Shown: one piece after another, positions 38,008-47,436 of the stretch
How positions within the stretch are numbered: the first letter of the stretch is position 1
Layout of the letters: each line of letters begins with the position of its first letter
Assembly: GCA_002712285.1 (NCBI GenBank)
Contig: PATC01000014.1
Span: forward strand, 10,402-66,768
DNA: 56,367 nt
Direction: 5' to 3'
Origin: Methanobacteriota archaeon
GTDB lineage: Archaea; Thermoplasmatota; Poseidoniia; Poseidoniales; Thalassarchaeaceae
Translations under genes and position numbers: made by a program
Notes under the pieces: generated by a model
Told to the model about the DNA's origin: nothing
Database searches by the model: none
What the model saw: only the letters and a program-made list of their open reading frames with translations

Positions 38008-38661
38008 TTGATATCACCGCATCCCATGGAGGAATCTTTCTCTATCCGGTGGGATGAGGATGAAGATGCATCAGAAGATGTCATCATTGCTGTTCCAATT
38101 AGACCTCAGCCAAACACCCTCCGAGTTATAGGGGCAGTATTGGTAATCGGGGGGCTTCTTGCATTGTTTAGCGGGGCCTCTAACCTCTTGACTGGAATGG
38201 ATGATGGACCAACGGATCCGGCAATGTACGAACCGGTTGCCTTACAACTTCAGTCAGCAGGCGAGGATGTCACTTCACAAGAAATTGCAGCCTACTATGA
38301 TGCGATAGCAGAGAAAGGGTACTATGAGGTCCTTGGTACGTTGGAAACTTGTGCAGGCTTCCTCCTTATTGTTAGTGGGGTTTTGTTATTTCGCCGCCAT
38401 AGCTATGGTATACGAATCGGCGTGACAGGAGGGTCCCTACTTCTGTTAGATGCAGTTGCAGGTTTGTACTTCCTTCGTTCTGTTGAAGCCCCATCTGCTA
38501 TGCTATCATTGACACTCAATATCCTTCAAATTCTAGTCACTACCTGTGGTCTGTTTTGTACTGCGTTGCCTTTACTTCCGTTATTTTTGTCAGGCGCGCG
38601 CGAGGCTTTAGATCCGAATTCGAACCAATTACCTATACCGATTCGAGACGAGTCCGAATAA
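38008..38661 (+). CDS. Hypothetical integral membrane protein (4 TM)
   Basis: Four hydrophobic segments with acidic termini. Confidence 0.7.
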   Translation: MISPHPMEESFSIRWDEDEDASEDVIIAVPIRPQPNTLRVIGAVLVIGGLLALFSGASNLLTGMDDGPTDPAMYEPVALQLQSAGEDVTSQEIAAYYDAIAEKGYYEVLGTLETCAGFLLIVSGVLLFRRHSYGIRIGVTGGSLLLLDAVAGLYFLRSVEAPSAMLSLTLNILQILVTTCGLFCTALPLLPLFLSGAREALDPNSNQLPIPIRDESE

Positions 38662-38662
38662 T

Positions 38663-39067
38663 TCATTCTGGTTTTGGCCACTTCTTCGAGAGTGCTTTGC
38701 GGAGATCATCATTCATTTTTGCATCCCACCAGTTCGCCCGACGCCAGATAGCATATCGGCCACGAACACCGCGTAAATCAGCTCCATCCAACTTAGCATC
38801 TTGAAAGTTTGAGAGATTGAGTTTCGCCTTAGTCAGTCGTGCACCGCGTAAATCAGCACCATCGAGTGCACACTTCATCAAATCAGTTCCAACAAGTGAT
38901 GCATTTCGTAAGTCAGCGCCAGATAAGTTGGAACCTTTAAGATTTGAACCATCAAGAATAGCACGTCTTAGGTTTGCATTCTGTAAATCAGAATCCCTCA
39001 AATCCTGATCAATCTTTGATTGGAAAGACCAATCAATTGGCACCGGACTATCATCTTGGTCTGACAT
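38663..39067 (-). CDS. Pentapeptide-repeat protein
   Basis: Tandem A(D/N)Lxx repeats 'DLRDS DLQNA NLRRA ILDGS NLKGS NLSGA DLRNA...'; likely start MSDQ at 39067. Confidence 0.92.
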   Translation of the reverse strand: MSDQDDSPVPIDWSFQSKIDQDLRDSDLQNANLRRAILDGSNLKGSNLSGADLRNASLVGTDLMKCALDGADLRGARLTKAKLNLSNFQDAKLDGADLRGVRGRYAIWRRANWWDAKMNDDLRKALSKKWPKPE

Positions 39068-39074
39068 CAATTCT

Positions 39075-39605
39075 TCACTGGGCGGCACGTGAGTCAAGGT
39101 GTGCACGACCCTCGTCAGTGAGGGCCATGAATCGATTCTTTTCAGGCATATCTTCAGGGTAATCAAGCCGGCCCTGTTCTCGAAGACGGTTAAGATAGAG
39201 GGAAATATTCCACTTTTCAACATCATCTTCATCATGGCCTGCGTCGATGAAGAGTTGCTTAAGTTCTCGAGGAGGTGAGTCCTTCTGTCCTTCTACTTCA
39301 CGAAGATAGTGAATTGCAGCGAGAATCAAATCGGGCTTCTTCGTCAAACGACAGGTTGAGACGAGTGAACTGAATGCTGACCCACGCTCGGGAAGACCAG
39401 TCTGCATTGCAGCGATTCGTGCTGCTTCAAACGCTTTTTCTCTGGTATCACGTACCTTATCAAGAGCTGCAGACCACTGTTCGTCGCCACGCAACTTGAG
39501 AAGTTCAGCAGTAACAACCTGCTCGGTTCCTTCAAGATCAATTCGGGAATTACCAACACGGATGGATAGACGTGCTTTCGTCCCTTCACCCGTATCGTCA
39601 CTCAT
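39075..39605 (-). CDS. Hypothetical protein with a C-terminal wHTH-like segment
   Basis: 'DLILAAIHYL...PRELKQLF...NISLYLNRLREQGRL...MALTDEGRAHL' resembles a wHTH end; likely start 39605. Confidence 0.65.
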   Translation of the reverse strand: MSDDTGEGTKARLSIRVGNSRIDLEGTEQVVTAELLKLRGDEQWSAALDKVRDTREKAFEAARIAAMQTGLPERGSAFSSLVSTCRLTKKPDLILAAIHYLREVEGQKDSPPRELKQLFIDAGHDEDDVEKWNISLYLNRLREQGRLDYPEDMPEKNRFMALTDEGRAHLDSRAAQ

Positions 39606-39725
39606 TGCAGCCACCGAATGCTCAACCATTCTCAGACTTGACTTAACCGTTCCCGTTGTTTCAACTGACTTTCCAAACCGATTTTTCGCCGATTCCTTAT
39701 GAGTGCGAGGGGGGAACGGGAGTCG

Positions 39726-42700
39726 ATGAAACCCCTCTCCGTGGAGCCCACCGCATCCCGCCTTGCTGGATTTTTCCTCGTTTTTTTGATGCTGGGGTTG
39801 TCTTTCAGTCCACTCATCTCGACCGTTAGTGCGACCTCGTCGTCTATCACGACATTTAGTGGTGGCAACAGTACTGAGACAGTACTTGGCAATACAACGG
39901 TGGATATAGCGTTGGAACGGAATACCACAATTATGGAATCAAGTTTTGAGTTGCAATATCTTTCCTCAAATCCAAGTCCAGGTGTTGTTCAGATGGACAT
40001 AGGTAACGACAGTTTGTTGGAGTGGTCTTTTGGCGGTAATCGCTATGGAGAACTGGGGTCCCAAACTCGATTCAGTTCCAATGGGTCAACTACATCCAGC
40101 ATGCCAACCCAGAACACATGGTCGCCAATATGGTCATTTGATCTTCCGTCAGAAGCAGACGTAGACATGGCTGAATTGAACGTATCCTATGCTCCAGTAA
40201 TGGGTGGTGGTATGGTGGCAACTGGTGGATCTATTGACGACATGGCAGTTGCAGATGTAGACAACGACGGAGAGGCAGAGGTCGTAATTCTCGACCGAGA
40301 CAAGGATCCCGGAAATGGGTCTCATCCGCATGTTGGAATCATCGATTGGACTCTAACATCTGGTTTCTCATCAATTTCATGGGTGTGGACTTGCGCGGGA
40401 GGAACTGAATTAATGACAGGTGATGCGAATTCAGATTCTCGTATGGATGTGTATCTAGTTGATGAGCAGAATGGCTCTGTATGTTTACATCTAGCAAACA
40501 GTACTGGATTTGCACCTTTTACAAATATCTCGCTAACTTCTCCTGGATCACTAGGAGACGTCTATGTCGATGATATTGATGCAGATGGCTATTCAGATCT
40601 AGTATACAGTACTTCCAATGGAAATCTCTGTTCGACCCTTCATCGTTCTGGAGGATATTCAACCCTCTTCGTGAATGTCACTGTGCCTTCTAACTCAAGC
40701 GGGATGGGTGGCCCGGGCGGTACTTCAACAACAATTTCGGATATTCTCTCTGTTAATCTCTGGTCGGGAGTCAAGACGGCGGCTGTAGCAGAGGACATGG
40801 AAGGCTACGTCTCGTTCTGGAATTTCTCAACTAATCAACAGGGTGGTTTTGCTTGGGTTATCAGTATGATCAATGCGACGGATTTGGAAGATAATATCCA
40901 AGCTGTAGATATCGATGGTGATGGAGATGACGATTTGTTTGGCGATGCTCCTATGTCAGGTACGACAATGTCAGTATTTACCGCTGGTGGAGGCTACCAA
41001 TCAACTCAGAGTATGAGTTTCTTTGCAAACGAACCCGTGTTCGCAGATTGGGATGGGTCTGGAACAATGACAGCGTTGCTAATCGATTCAGGAACAAGCG
41101 ACGGTAGTGATGTGACATTTACCGGAGATATTGATGTTCATTCAGTATCGGCATCTGGTATTGCTTCGAGTAGCACACCTCTGATAGAACTTGAACCAAT
41201 CACAGCACCAACTCGTATGATTATTGAAGACATCGATGGCGATGGTGTTCCAGAACATATTGTTGCAGGCGGTGAAGCAACAAACAGTATTTTCATTGCC
41301 GGGCATCACAATTTACTCGTTGATTTTGATGGTGATACCACAGCGGAGGTGAATATCAGTGGGTATGCAGGTAATGGAAGTCAGGGTATTGACGTAATCG
41401 AGTGGATGGACACAATGGGTAGTCTTCCAGGAGTCATTCAGTCAGAGCTTACGGCGAATACTCCATCGATTACAGATTTCTATGGAATTGATCATTATAC
41501 ATTGCAACCAGACGCGTATGTTCGTGGTGAAGGCAATGTTCTCGGCTCTGAACTCCTAGTTACCTATTCTCTTACAGTTCGCGTGGATACTAATCCTGGT
41601 CTTGGGAATCTCACCAATGCGTTGAATCGGGAGATGGTAGCGGGCACAGGTCCGTTTGATGTTGGACTTGTTTTCAACATGTCATCCTCGACAGGACAAT
41701 TTACACTCCAGAACCTTGCTATTACGCATATTCCAGGTGCTACGAGTATTGACTTACCAACTGAACCAATTTTGATTCAGATGAATATCTCAGAAGAGAT
41801 GTCAGCACAACTACAAGCACCATTCATTGCCTTTGAATGGAATAACACTTCATCCGACGATGAATCGACTTTCATGATGTATGAGATTCATAGGACTAAG
41901 GACAATTCTCCATTGAATTTGATGACTCCTTATTCTACATCCCAAGGGTCGTTTTTCATGGATCAATCCCTTCAACCTGGGACTTACCGCTACTATGTTC
42001 GTGCAATGCACCAAAATGGTGTCAACTCAAATCTTAGTTCACCTTTGCAGGTTACAATTGATCCTCCTCCGCCTGACACAACACCACCGGATCCAGTAAC
42101 CAACCTAACTGTATCAGATGTGCCAGGGGATGAAGGAGGCCACTTGGTGATCTCTTGGGATGATGGTGGATCGGATGACCTTCATCATCATCTTGTTTTT
42201 GTCGATATGGTGCAATTCACGAATGCGTCTACTAGGGTTCCTGTTGCAAATCTAACTGCAGGGAATACCTCAGTTGTGGTTAACATGACCTCAGATGTTT
42301 TGGATAATACCGGCGGTGTTCAACAGTCTGGTGTGACGATTATGGATAATGTAGACCACTACGTAGCAGTAGTGGCAGTTGATACTCTTGGAAATCTAAA
42401 CGAAACCGTAGTTACATTTGGCCCAGTACGTGCTCTAAACAACTCAAATATCATTTCATCCATCTCAATAGATGTTCTAGAATCCACTGTTGCACGTGGA
42501 GACCCACTCACAATTTCTGGTGTATTAGATCTTGAAACAGAATCTGCTTCTGGACGTACAGTTCAGATTGACTTCAGTGATGACGTCCATAGTACTCAAG
42601 TCGTCGCTGTTACGGATACGACAGGCGCATTCTCTGTAGCATATACGGACTGGTCGGATCTTCTTGATTCGACTAGTCGGTTTGTTGGAGTAGTAAATGT

Positions 42701-44042
42701 CTCTGCTACATACGCGGGCGGTTCGACCTCGACGCAACAGGTGATACTTGGGTCATCAGCAACATCTTCATTCGAATCAATCATGATTGCTGCGGTCAGT
42801 GCAGTTGAATCCTCAGTGCAACTTGATTCGGATAATCAAGGAAAAGCCCGTCTACAAGTAACAACAGATTCGAGAGATCTTTCACTACTTGGTGCAATAT
42901 CTTTTGATTGGACTCTTGGAAATGCAACGGAGTCTATAGTATCATCCACGGGCACCTCGACTCTCGATCAGACAGGCTTCATTGAGGAAGAAATCGACTA
43001 TCCAGGTGGGGGGGAGATTGAGTTTGTTTACGATACGAACAGTCGACCATTCTGGCTTGTGCTGAGTCCATCATCTGTGTCGATTGATCTTTTACCGCCA
43101 CCTGTGCAATCAGACACAGTTGAAGACACAAACGTGACTGAGCCAACACCAGATCCATCCTTACTTGCATTGAATGTGGATTGTGGTGATCAGATATGGT
43201 CTATGAGTGTGAACACTTCCTTGTGGTCTACAGATAATGCGAATCACCTTGAGTGCACAATCACTAATCCGAATGAGAACATTGTCTATGTCGATCTTGA
43301 ACTTGAGATGAATGTGATAGGCGTGGAGATTGAATCTGATCTCGGAGGCTCTTTCAGTATTCAAGGAGGCGAAGATCAGATCCTTGTCCTTGAGATGCAA
43401 GATAATACTCAGTTCAGGGATGGTAGCGTCGATCTTAGCCTGACAGCATCAGCACCAGATTACCAAGACAGCCTTACTACCTTGACCATTCAGTTTCAAT
43501 TCATAGATGAAACCATCAATCCAGCAGGGCCTTCGGACGCTTCTGAAGGAGGTGCGAGCGGGAATAACAATCTCGTTCTAATTGGTGGTATTGTTGCTGT
43601 AATCCTCTTACTCGGAGTAGTGGTTGCCATCATGCTCCGTTCTGGTAATGATGAGGATGATGAAGACCTCTTTTCTGATGGTGATGATATTGGCTCTCTT
43701 CCTATGGCCGTATCTGGAGGAGCGAAAGCTACCCGTGAAGAAGCAGATATCCCGAAGGGTGTACCACTTGATGAACTCATGAAGCAGGGTTCGCGCCCGG
43801 CTCCTGTATCGATGTCAAAGTCGAAGAAGCCCTCTATTGTTAACACTGAACCTGAGGAAGAATCCGAGATCGAAGAAGAGATGTCGTCGTCTGAGGTTGA
43901 AGATGAACCCTCTGAAGAGGATTATACTGATTCAGATAACTACCATGTTGATGATGATGGAACAGAGTGGTGGAAGGATGAACTCGATGTTTGGTGGTGG
44001 CGTGGACCAGATGACGAAGATTGGTCAGAGTACACAGAATGA
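39726..44042 (+). CDS. Large surface protein: FG-GAP/VCBS-like repeats, FN3-like domains, TM helix, acidic Trp-rich cytoplasmic tail
   Basis: Repeats 'ADVDNDGEAEV', 'DDIDADGYSDL', 'VDIDGDGDDDL', 'EDIDGDGVPE'; FN3-like 'YRYYVRAM', 'PPDPVTNLTVSD'; TM 'LVLIGGIVAVILLLGVVVAIML'. Confidence 0.85.
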   Translation: MKPLSVEPTASRLAGFFLVFLMLGLSFSPLISTVSATSSSITTFSGGNSTETVLGNTTVDIALERNTTIMESSFELQYLSSNPSPGVVQMDIGNDSLLEWSFGGNRYGELGSQTRFSSNGSTTSSMPTQNTWSPIWSFDLPSEADVDMAELNVSYAPVMGGGMVATGGSIDDMAVADVDNDGEAEVVILDRDKDPGNGSHPHVGIIDWTLTSGFSSISWVWTCAGGTELMTGDANSDSRMDVYLVDEQNGSVCLHLANSTGFAPFTNISLTSPGSLGDVYVDDIDADGYSDLVYSTSNGNLCSTLHRSGGYSTLFVNVTVPSNSSGMGGPGGTSTTISDILSVNLWSGVKTAAVAEDMEGYVSFWNFSTNQQGGFAWVISMINATDLEDNIQAVDIDGDGDDDLFGDAPMSGTTMSVFTAGGGYQSTQSMSFFANEPVFADWDGSGTMTALLIDSGTSDGSDVTFTGDIDVHSVSASGIASSSTPLIELEPITAPTRMIIEDIDGDGVPEHIVAGGEATNSIFIAGHHNLLVDFDGDTTAEVNISGYAGNGSQGIDVIEWMDTMGSLPGVIQSELTANTPSITDFYGIDHYTLQPDAYVRGEGNVLGSELLVTYSLTVRVDTNPGLGNLTNALNREMVAGTGPFDVGLVFNMSSSTGQFTLQNLAITHIPGATSIDLPTEPILIQMNISEEMSAQLQAPFIAFEWNNTSSDDESTFMMYEIHRTKDNSPLNLMTPYSTSQGSFFMDQSLQPGTYRYYVRAMHQNGVNSNLSSPLQVTIDPPPPDTTPPDPVTNLTVSDVPGDEGGHLVISWDDGGSDDLHHHLVFVDMVQFTNASTRVPVANLTAGNTSVVVNMTSDVLDNTGGVQQSGVTIMDNVDHYVAVVAVDTLGNLNETVVTFGPVRALNNSNIISSISIDVLESTVARGDPLTISGVLDLETESASGRTVQIDFSDDVHSTQVVAVTDTTGAFSVAYTDWSDLLDSTSRFVGVVNVSATYAGGSTSTQQVILGSSATSSFESIMIAAVSAVESSVQLDSDNQGKARLQVTTDSRDLSLLGAISFDWTLGNATESIVSSTGTSTLDQTGFIEEEIDYPGGGEIEFVYDTNSRPFWLVLSPSSVSIDLLPPPVQSDTVEDTNVTEPTPDPSLLALNVDCGDQIWSMSVNTSLWSTDNANHLECTITNPNENIVYVDLELEMNVIGVEIESDLGGSFSIQGGEDQILVLEMQDNTQFRDGSVDLSLTASAPDYQDSLTTLTIQFQFIDETINPAGPSDASEGGASGNNNLVLIGGIVAVILLLGVVVAIMLRSGNDEDDEDLFSDGDDIGSLPMAVSGGAKATREEADIPKGVPLDELMKQGSRPAPVSMSKSKKPSIVNTEPEEESEIEEEMSSSEVEDEPSEEDYTDSDNYHVDDDGTEWWKDELDVWWWRGPDDEDWSEYTE

Positions 44043-44083
44043 CTAGACGAGGATTGAAAACGACCTAAGGTGAGATTGGACTA

Positions 44084-44845
44084 ATGGGTCTGCCACGTCC
44101 TTTCGAACTTGTCGTCCAGCACGGCACCGAGCGAGAGCGACTTGGAGGGACCGCAATCTGTGGCTTTACTACGAAGGGGGCTGTTGGTGCCATTGCAGTA
44201 GATTGGGTCATCAAAACATTTGGAATGGAGCAGTTAGGGTCGGTTCTAAGCGAATCATTTCCAGCAATGGCTCTTGTACGTGGCCGTCGTCCTCAGCATC
44301 CAGTTAGAATTTACCAAGGAGATGGGATAGGGGCCTTTGTCAGTGATATCGCCTTTCCTGATGAATTCAATCTCTCATTTGCTGAGACCGTAATCAAATG
44401 GTTCCGTGATGGAGGTTTTGACCGCCTTGTAATGATCGATGGAGTATTCCTTCCAAACATGACTGGTGAAGACATTCCTCCTGTATTTGGTGTCGGTTCT
44501 ACTGATGCATCTAGAGCCCGTCTTGAGGAGATTGGCTTGGAATCTGTTGAGCATGGAATCGTCCCTGGAATCACGGGATATCTCTTAGCAGAGGCTGATA
44601 GACAAGGTTTCGAGGCTTATGCAATCCTTTCTCCATCTAATCCAGGATTCCCTGATGCTCGTGCAGCACTTCCAGCACTCGAGGCTCTTTCAGAGATGCT
44701 CGATCGAGATATACCACTTGAAGGCTTAATGGAGAAGGCAATTGTAATCGAACAGAAAGTACGAGAAATGATGCAGGAGCATCAACTCGCTTTACCTGAA
44801 CCTAAGATAGATGAAACATCTGATGATGATCCGATGGTTCTCTGA
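44084..44845 (+). CDS. PAC2/PbaB-family proteasome assembly chaperone (second paralog)
   Basis: 'GFTTKGAVGAIAVDWVIKTF', 'HPVRIY', 'GIVPGITGYLL', 'PDARAALPAL', 'LMEKAIVIEQKV'. Confidence 0.9.
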   Translation: MGLPRPFELVVQHGTERERLGGTAICGFTTKGAVGAIAVDWVIKTFGMEQLGSVLSESFPAMALVRGRRPQHPVRIYQGDGIGAFVSDIAFPDEFNLSFAETVIKWFRDGGFDRLVMIDGVFLPNMTGEDIPPVFGVGSTDASRARLEEIGLESVEHGIVPGITGYLLAEADRQGFEAYAILSPSNPGFPDARAALPALEALSEMLDRDIPLEGLMEKAIVIEQKVREMMQEHQLALPEPKIDETSDDDPMVL

Positions 44846-44847
44846 TT

Positions 44848-45411
44848 TCAGTAGAACGGATTAGTACCAGCATCATGGTCAGTCATGTCAACGATTCCAA
44901 CGATTGCTGGGACCTTTTCACGGATTACTACCTCGATACCTTGTTTCAATGTGACATCCACCATCCCACATCCTTGACACCCGCCTCCAAAAGCGATGAC
45001 TGCTTTGTCATCATCTACTCCAAGCAGTTCAACAGTTCCTCCGTGAGTGGCCACCATTGGACTAACATCGTTGCTAATCACTTCAGCAACGGCTTTGGAA
45101 ATGTCATCGACCCACATTGGATTTGGATTCTCAAATTGAAATCCACCTCCCATCAGTGTCTCTACGAAATCTAGGGTTGCACCTTCCATGTATGGAGCAC
45201 TACGCTCAGCGATGAGTACCACCATATCATCGACTTCACAGGACACATCACTGTCATTTTTTTCAGCTAGATCGACGAGGTTTAGATCATATCGAAATCC
45301 CTTATCTCCCCTTCCAATAATTTCTACTCGAAGCACTCTTTCGATTTCGTCATCTGCTGAGTTTTGGAATTGAGTGAGCATCTCGCGGGCCTTCTCAGTG
45401 ATGCCAATCAT
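44848..45411 (-). CDS. nfuA: Fe-S cluster carrier NfuA (HesB-like N-terminus plus NifU C-terminus)
   Basis: 'ITEKAREML', 'YMEGATLDFVE...GFQFENPN', 'VSPMVATHGG', CxxC 'GGCQGCG'. Confidence 0.92.
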   Translation of the reverse strand: MIGITEKAREMLTQFQNSADDEIERVLRVEIIGRGDKGFRYDLNLVDLAEKNDSDVSCEVDDMVVLIAERSAPYMEGATLDFVETLMGGGFQFENPNPMWVDDISKAVAEVISNDVSPMVATHGGTVELLGVDDDKAVIAFGGGCQGCGMVDVTLKQGIEVVIREKVPAIVGIVDMTDHDAGTNPFY

Positions 45412-45455
45412 GATTACCCCACTTCGTGATGGGATTTGAATCTGAGTGATTCAAT

Positions 45456-46316
45456 TTAATTTTGGAATTCTGATGTTGGTGATTCTTGTACAGGAGTCGA
45501 AATGGGCGGAGCCATTTGGCTGACTGGTGCTTGCATTTGGCCGACTGGTGCTTGCATTTGGCCGACTGGTGCTTGCATTTGGCCGATAACATGGGGCCCA
45601 CCTGCATTAGGAACAGGAATGTATGCTTGCTGCATCATTACTGGTTGTGGTGGATTTCCTCCAATTGCTAGGCCAATAATTAGGATAATCAGACCAATTG
45701 GTAGACCACAACACAATGCTAGGAATGCAAGCGAACCTCCGCCAAACAATGCTCCCAAATCACCTAACGCTTTTTCCATCAGATTGATTGTATATGCATC
45801 TTGGTCGAATAGAACGAAATCTTGGCTTTCATTTGAATCTCTTAACATTACTTCAACAGTATATTCTGCTCTTAAATCGCATTTATCTGAACCACTTAAT
45901 TCGGGAATTGTGCCACAAATGTCGCTGTGTACGACTTTACCATCATGGATTTGATCTTCAGCAGTCCATTCATCATATACGCAAGAAACTCTACTCACAT
46001 TCTCTGTAACATCGACCCCGTCTTCATCTGTGACTTTTACTACAAACCCATTACAATTGTCGACTATACCATCATTGTCCTCATCGACATAATCTAAATC
46101 AAGTAAAACTTGGAATGCTAAGCTTCCTGCTAAATCTTCATCGATGAAGGCGAAAGTGGTTGATCCCCCTTCTGAGGCGGTGTAGAATGGCTGTGGACTA
46201 TCATCGATATTCTCAAGATTCTCCCCTGAGTTTGCAGTAATTGCTCCACCAGCGACAGTTAGAATCACTGAAAGAAGGAGAATTACCCCTCCAGCTATGG
46301 TCACGCCTTTGTTCAT
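45456..46316 (-). CDS. Hypothetical membrane protein with a Q/P-rich repeat tail
   Basis: N-terminal TM, acidic domain with Cys pairs, C-terminal TM 'FLALCCGLPIGLIILIIGLAI', then (GQMQAPV)x3; likely start MNKG at 46316. Confidence 0.75.
   Translation of the reverse strand: MNKGVTIAGGVILLLSVILTVAGGAITANSGENLENIDDSPQPFYTASEGGSTTFAFIDEDLAGSLAFQVLLDLDYVDEDNDGIVDNCNGFVVKVTDEDGVDVTENVSRVSCVYDEWTAEDQIHDGKVVHSDICGTIPELSGSDKCDLRAEYTVEVMLRDSNESQDFVLFDQDAYTINLMEKALGDLGALFGGGSLAFLALCCGLPIGLIILIIGLAIGGNPPQPVMMQQAYIPVPNAGGPHVIGQMQAPVGQMQAPVGQMQAPVSQMAPPISTPVQESPTSEFQN
45513..45586. repeat. 21-bp tandem repeat, 3.5 copies (in-frame GQMQAPV)
   Basis: Unit catttggcYgactggtgcttg at 45513, 45534 and 45555, plus a partial copy at 45576; one mismatch among copies. 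Confidence 0.95.
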
Positions 46317-46406
46317 ACAACTCCTTTTGTTGAGTCGTATTTCAAGGAATCCTCTTTTTCCACACTGTTTGGGCAGAGGAGAGTTCATCGGCGTCAATGG
46401 CGAAGA

Positions 46407-47435
46407 ATGTACATGGCGGCCCTGTTTGATCGACGGGGTCGCTCATTCCGCGATCTCAGAATCTCTGTGACTGATCGTTGCAATATGCGCTGCGATTATT
46501 GTATGCCAGCCGATGTTTTCGACTCCAATCATGACTTTCTTCCACGTAGTGATTTGCTAACTTTTGAAGAAATCAATGAGGTTGTGACTTCACTCATACC
46601 TCATGGACTGAAGAAGATTCGAATTACTGGTGGCGAGCCGTTGCTTAGACGCGATCTCGATGTCTTAATCAGAATGTTAGCCAAACACCCCTTGGATTTG
46701 GCATTGACAACAAATGGCCTTCTTTTTCCTAGTCGTGCAGTAACTCTCGCTGATGCTGGCCTAAATCGTGTCACTTTTAGTCTCGATAGCCTCGATCCTG
46801 AGATATTTGAGAAAATTACTGGGAAATCAGGAGATTCGATTCATCGAATCATTGACGGAATTGAGATGGCAGTAACGCTGGGACTTAGTCCAGTCCGAAT
46901 TAATTCTGTAATCCGTAGAGGTGTGAATGAAGAAGATATTGAACGTCTGATAGAACGTTTTAGACATCTTCCAGTAGCGTTACGATTCATTGAATTCATG
47001 GATGTAGGCAATCATAATCGTTGGGATCTTGCATCGGTTGTACCCAGTGAAGAAATACGTAGACTAGTGAAAGACCGCTGGGATATTCAACAGATACCTT
47101 CCCTGCATACTGGTCAAGTAGCCAAGCATTGGTCCTTGGATTCAGATACAGGATTCGAAGTCGGATTTATTTCATCAGTTACAGAACCCTTCTGTGGAGA
47201 TTGTAATCGAGCAAGGCTTTCAGCAGATGGCCATATCTACACATGTCTATTTGCAACATCAGGACACGACTTACGTCCTGTTCTACGGAATCCTGATTGT
47301 CTGGAAACAATAACAGAACGTTTCCAAAAGATTTGGTCTGATAGAGAAGATCGCTATTCAGAACTTCGTGCACAACCAAGAAGTTCTACTACGATTCATC
47401 TCCCAAGAGTTGAGATGTCCTATATTGGTGGCTGA
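46407..47435 (+). CDS. moaA: GTP 3',8-cyclase (molybdopterin biosynthesis)
   Basis: 'LRISVTDRCNMRCDYCMP' (radical SAM), 'TGGEPLLR', 'FCGDCNRARLSADG...CLF', C-terminal 'MSYIGG'. Confidence 0.97.
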   Translation: MYMAALFDRRGRSFRDLRISVTDRCNMRCDYCMPADVFDSNHDFLPRSDLLTFEEINEVVTSLIPHGLKKIRITGGEPLLRRDLDVLIRMLAKHPLDLALTTNGLLFPSRAVTLADAGLNRVTFSLDSLDPEIFEKITGKSGDSIHRIIDGIEMAVTLGLSPVRINSVIRRGVNEEDIERLIERFRHLPVALRFIEFMDVGNHNRWDLASVVPSEEIRRLVKDRWDIQQIPSLHTGQVAKHWSLDSDTGFEVGFISSVTEPFCGDCNRARLSADGHIYTCLFATSGHDLRPVLRNPDCLETITERFQKIWSDREDRYSELRAQPRSSTTIHLPRVEMSYIGG

Positions 47436-47436
47436 A

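Noticed and set aside
45502-45954. Plus-strand ORF with GACIWPT repeats
   Set aside because: It is the antisense shadow of the 21-bp repeat in the real minus-strand membrane-protein gene.
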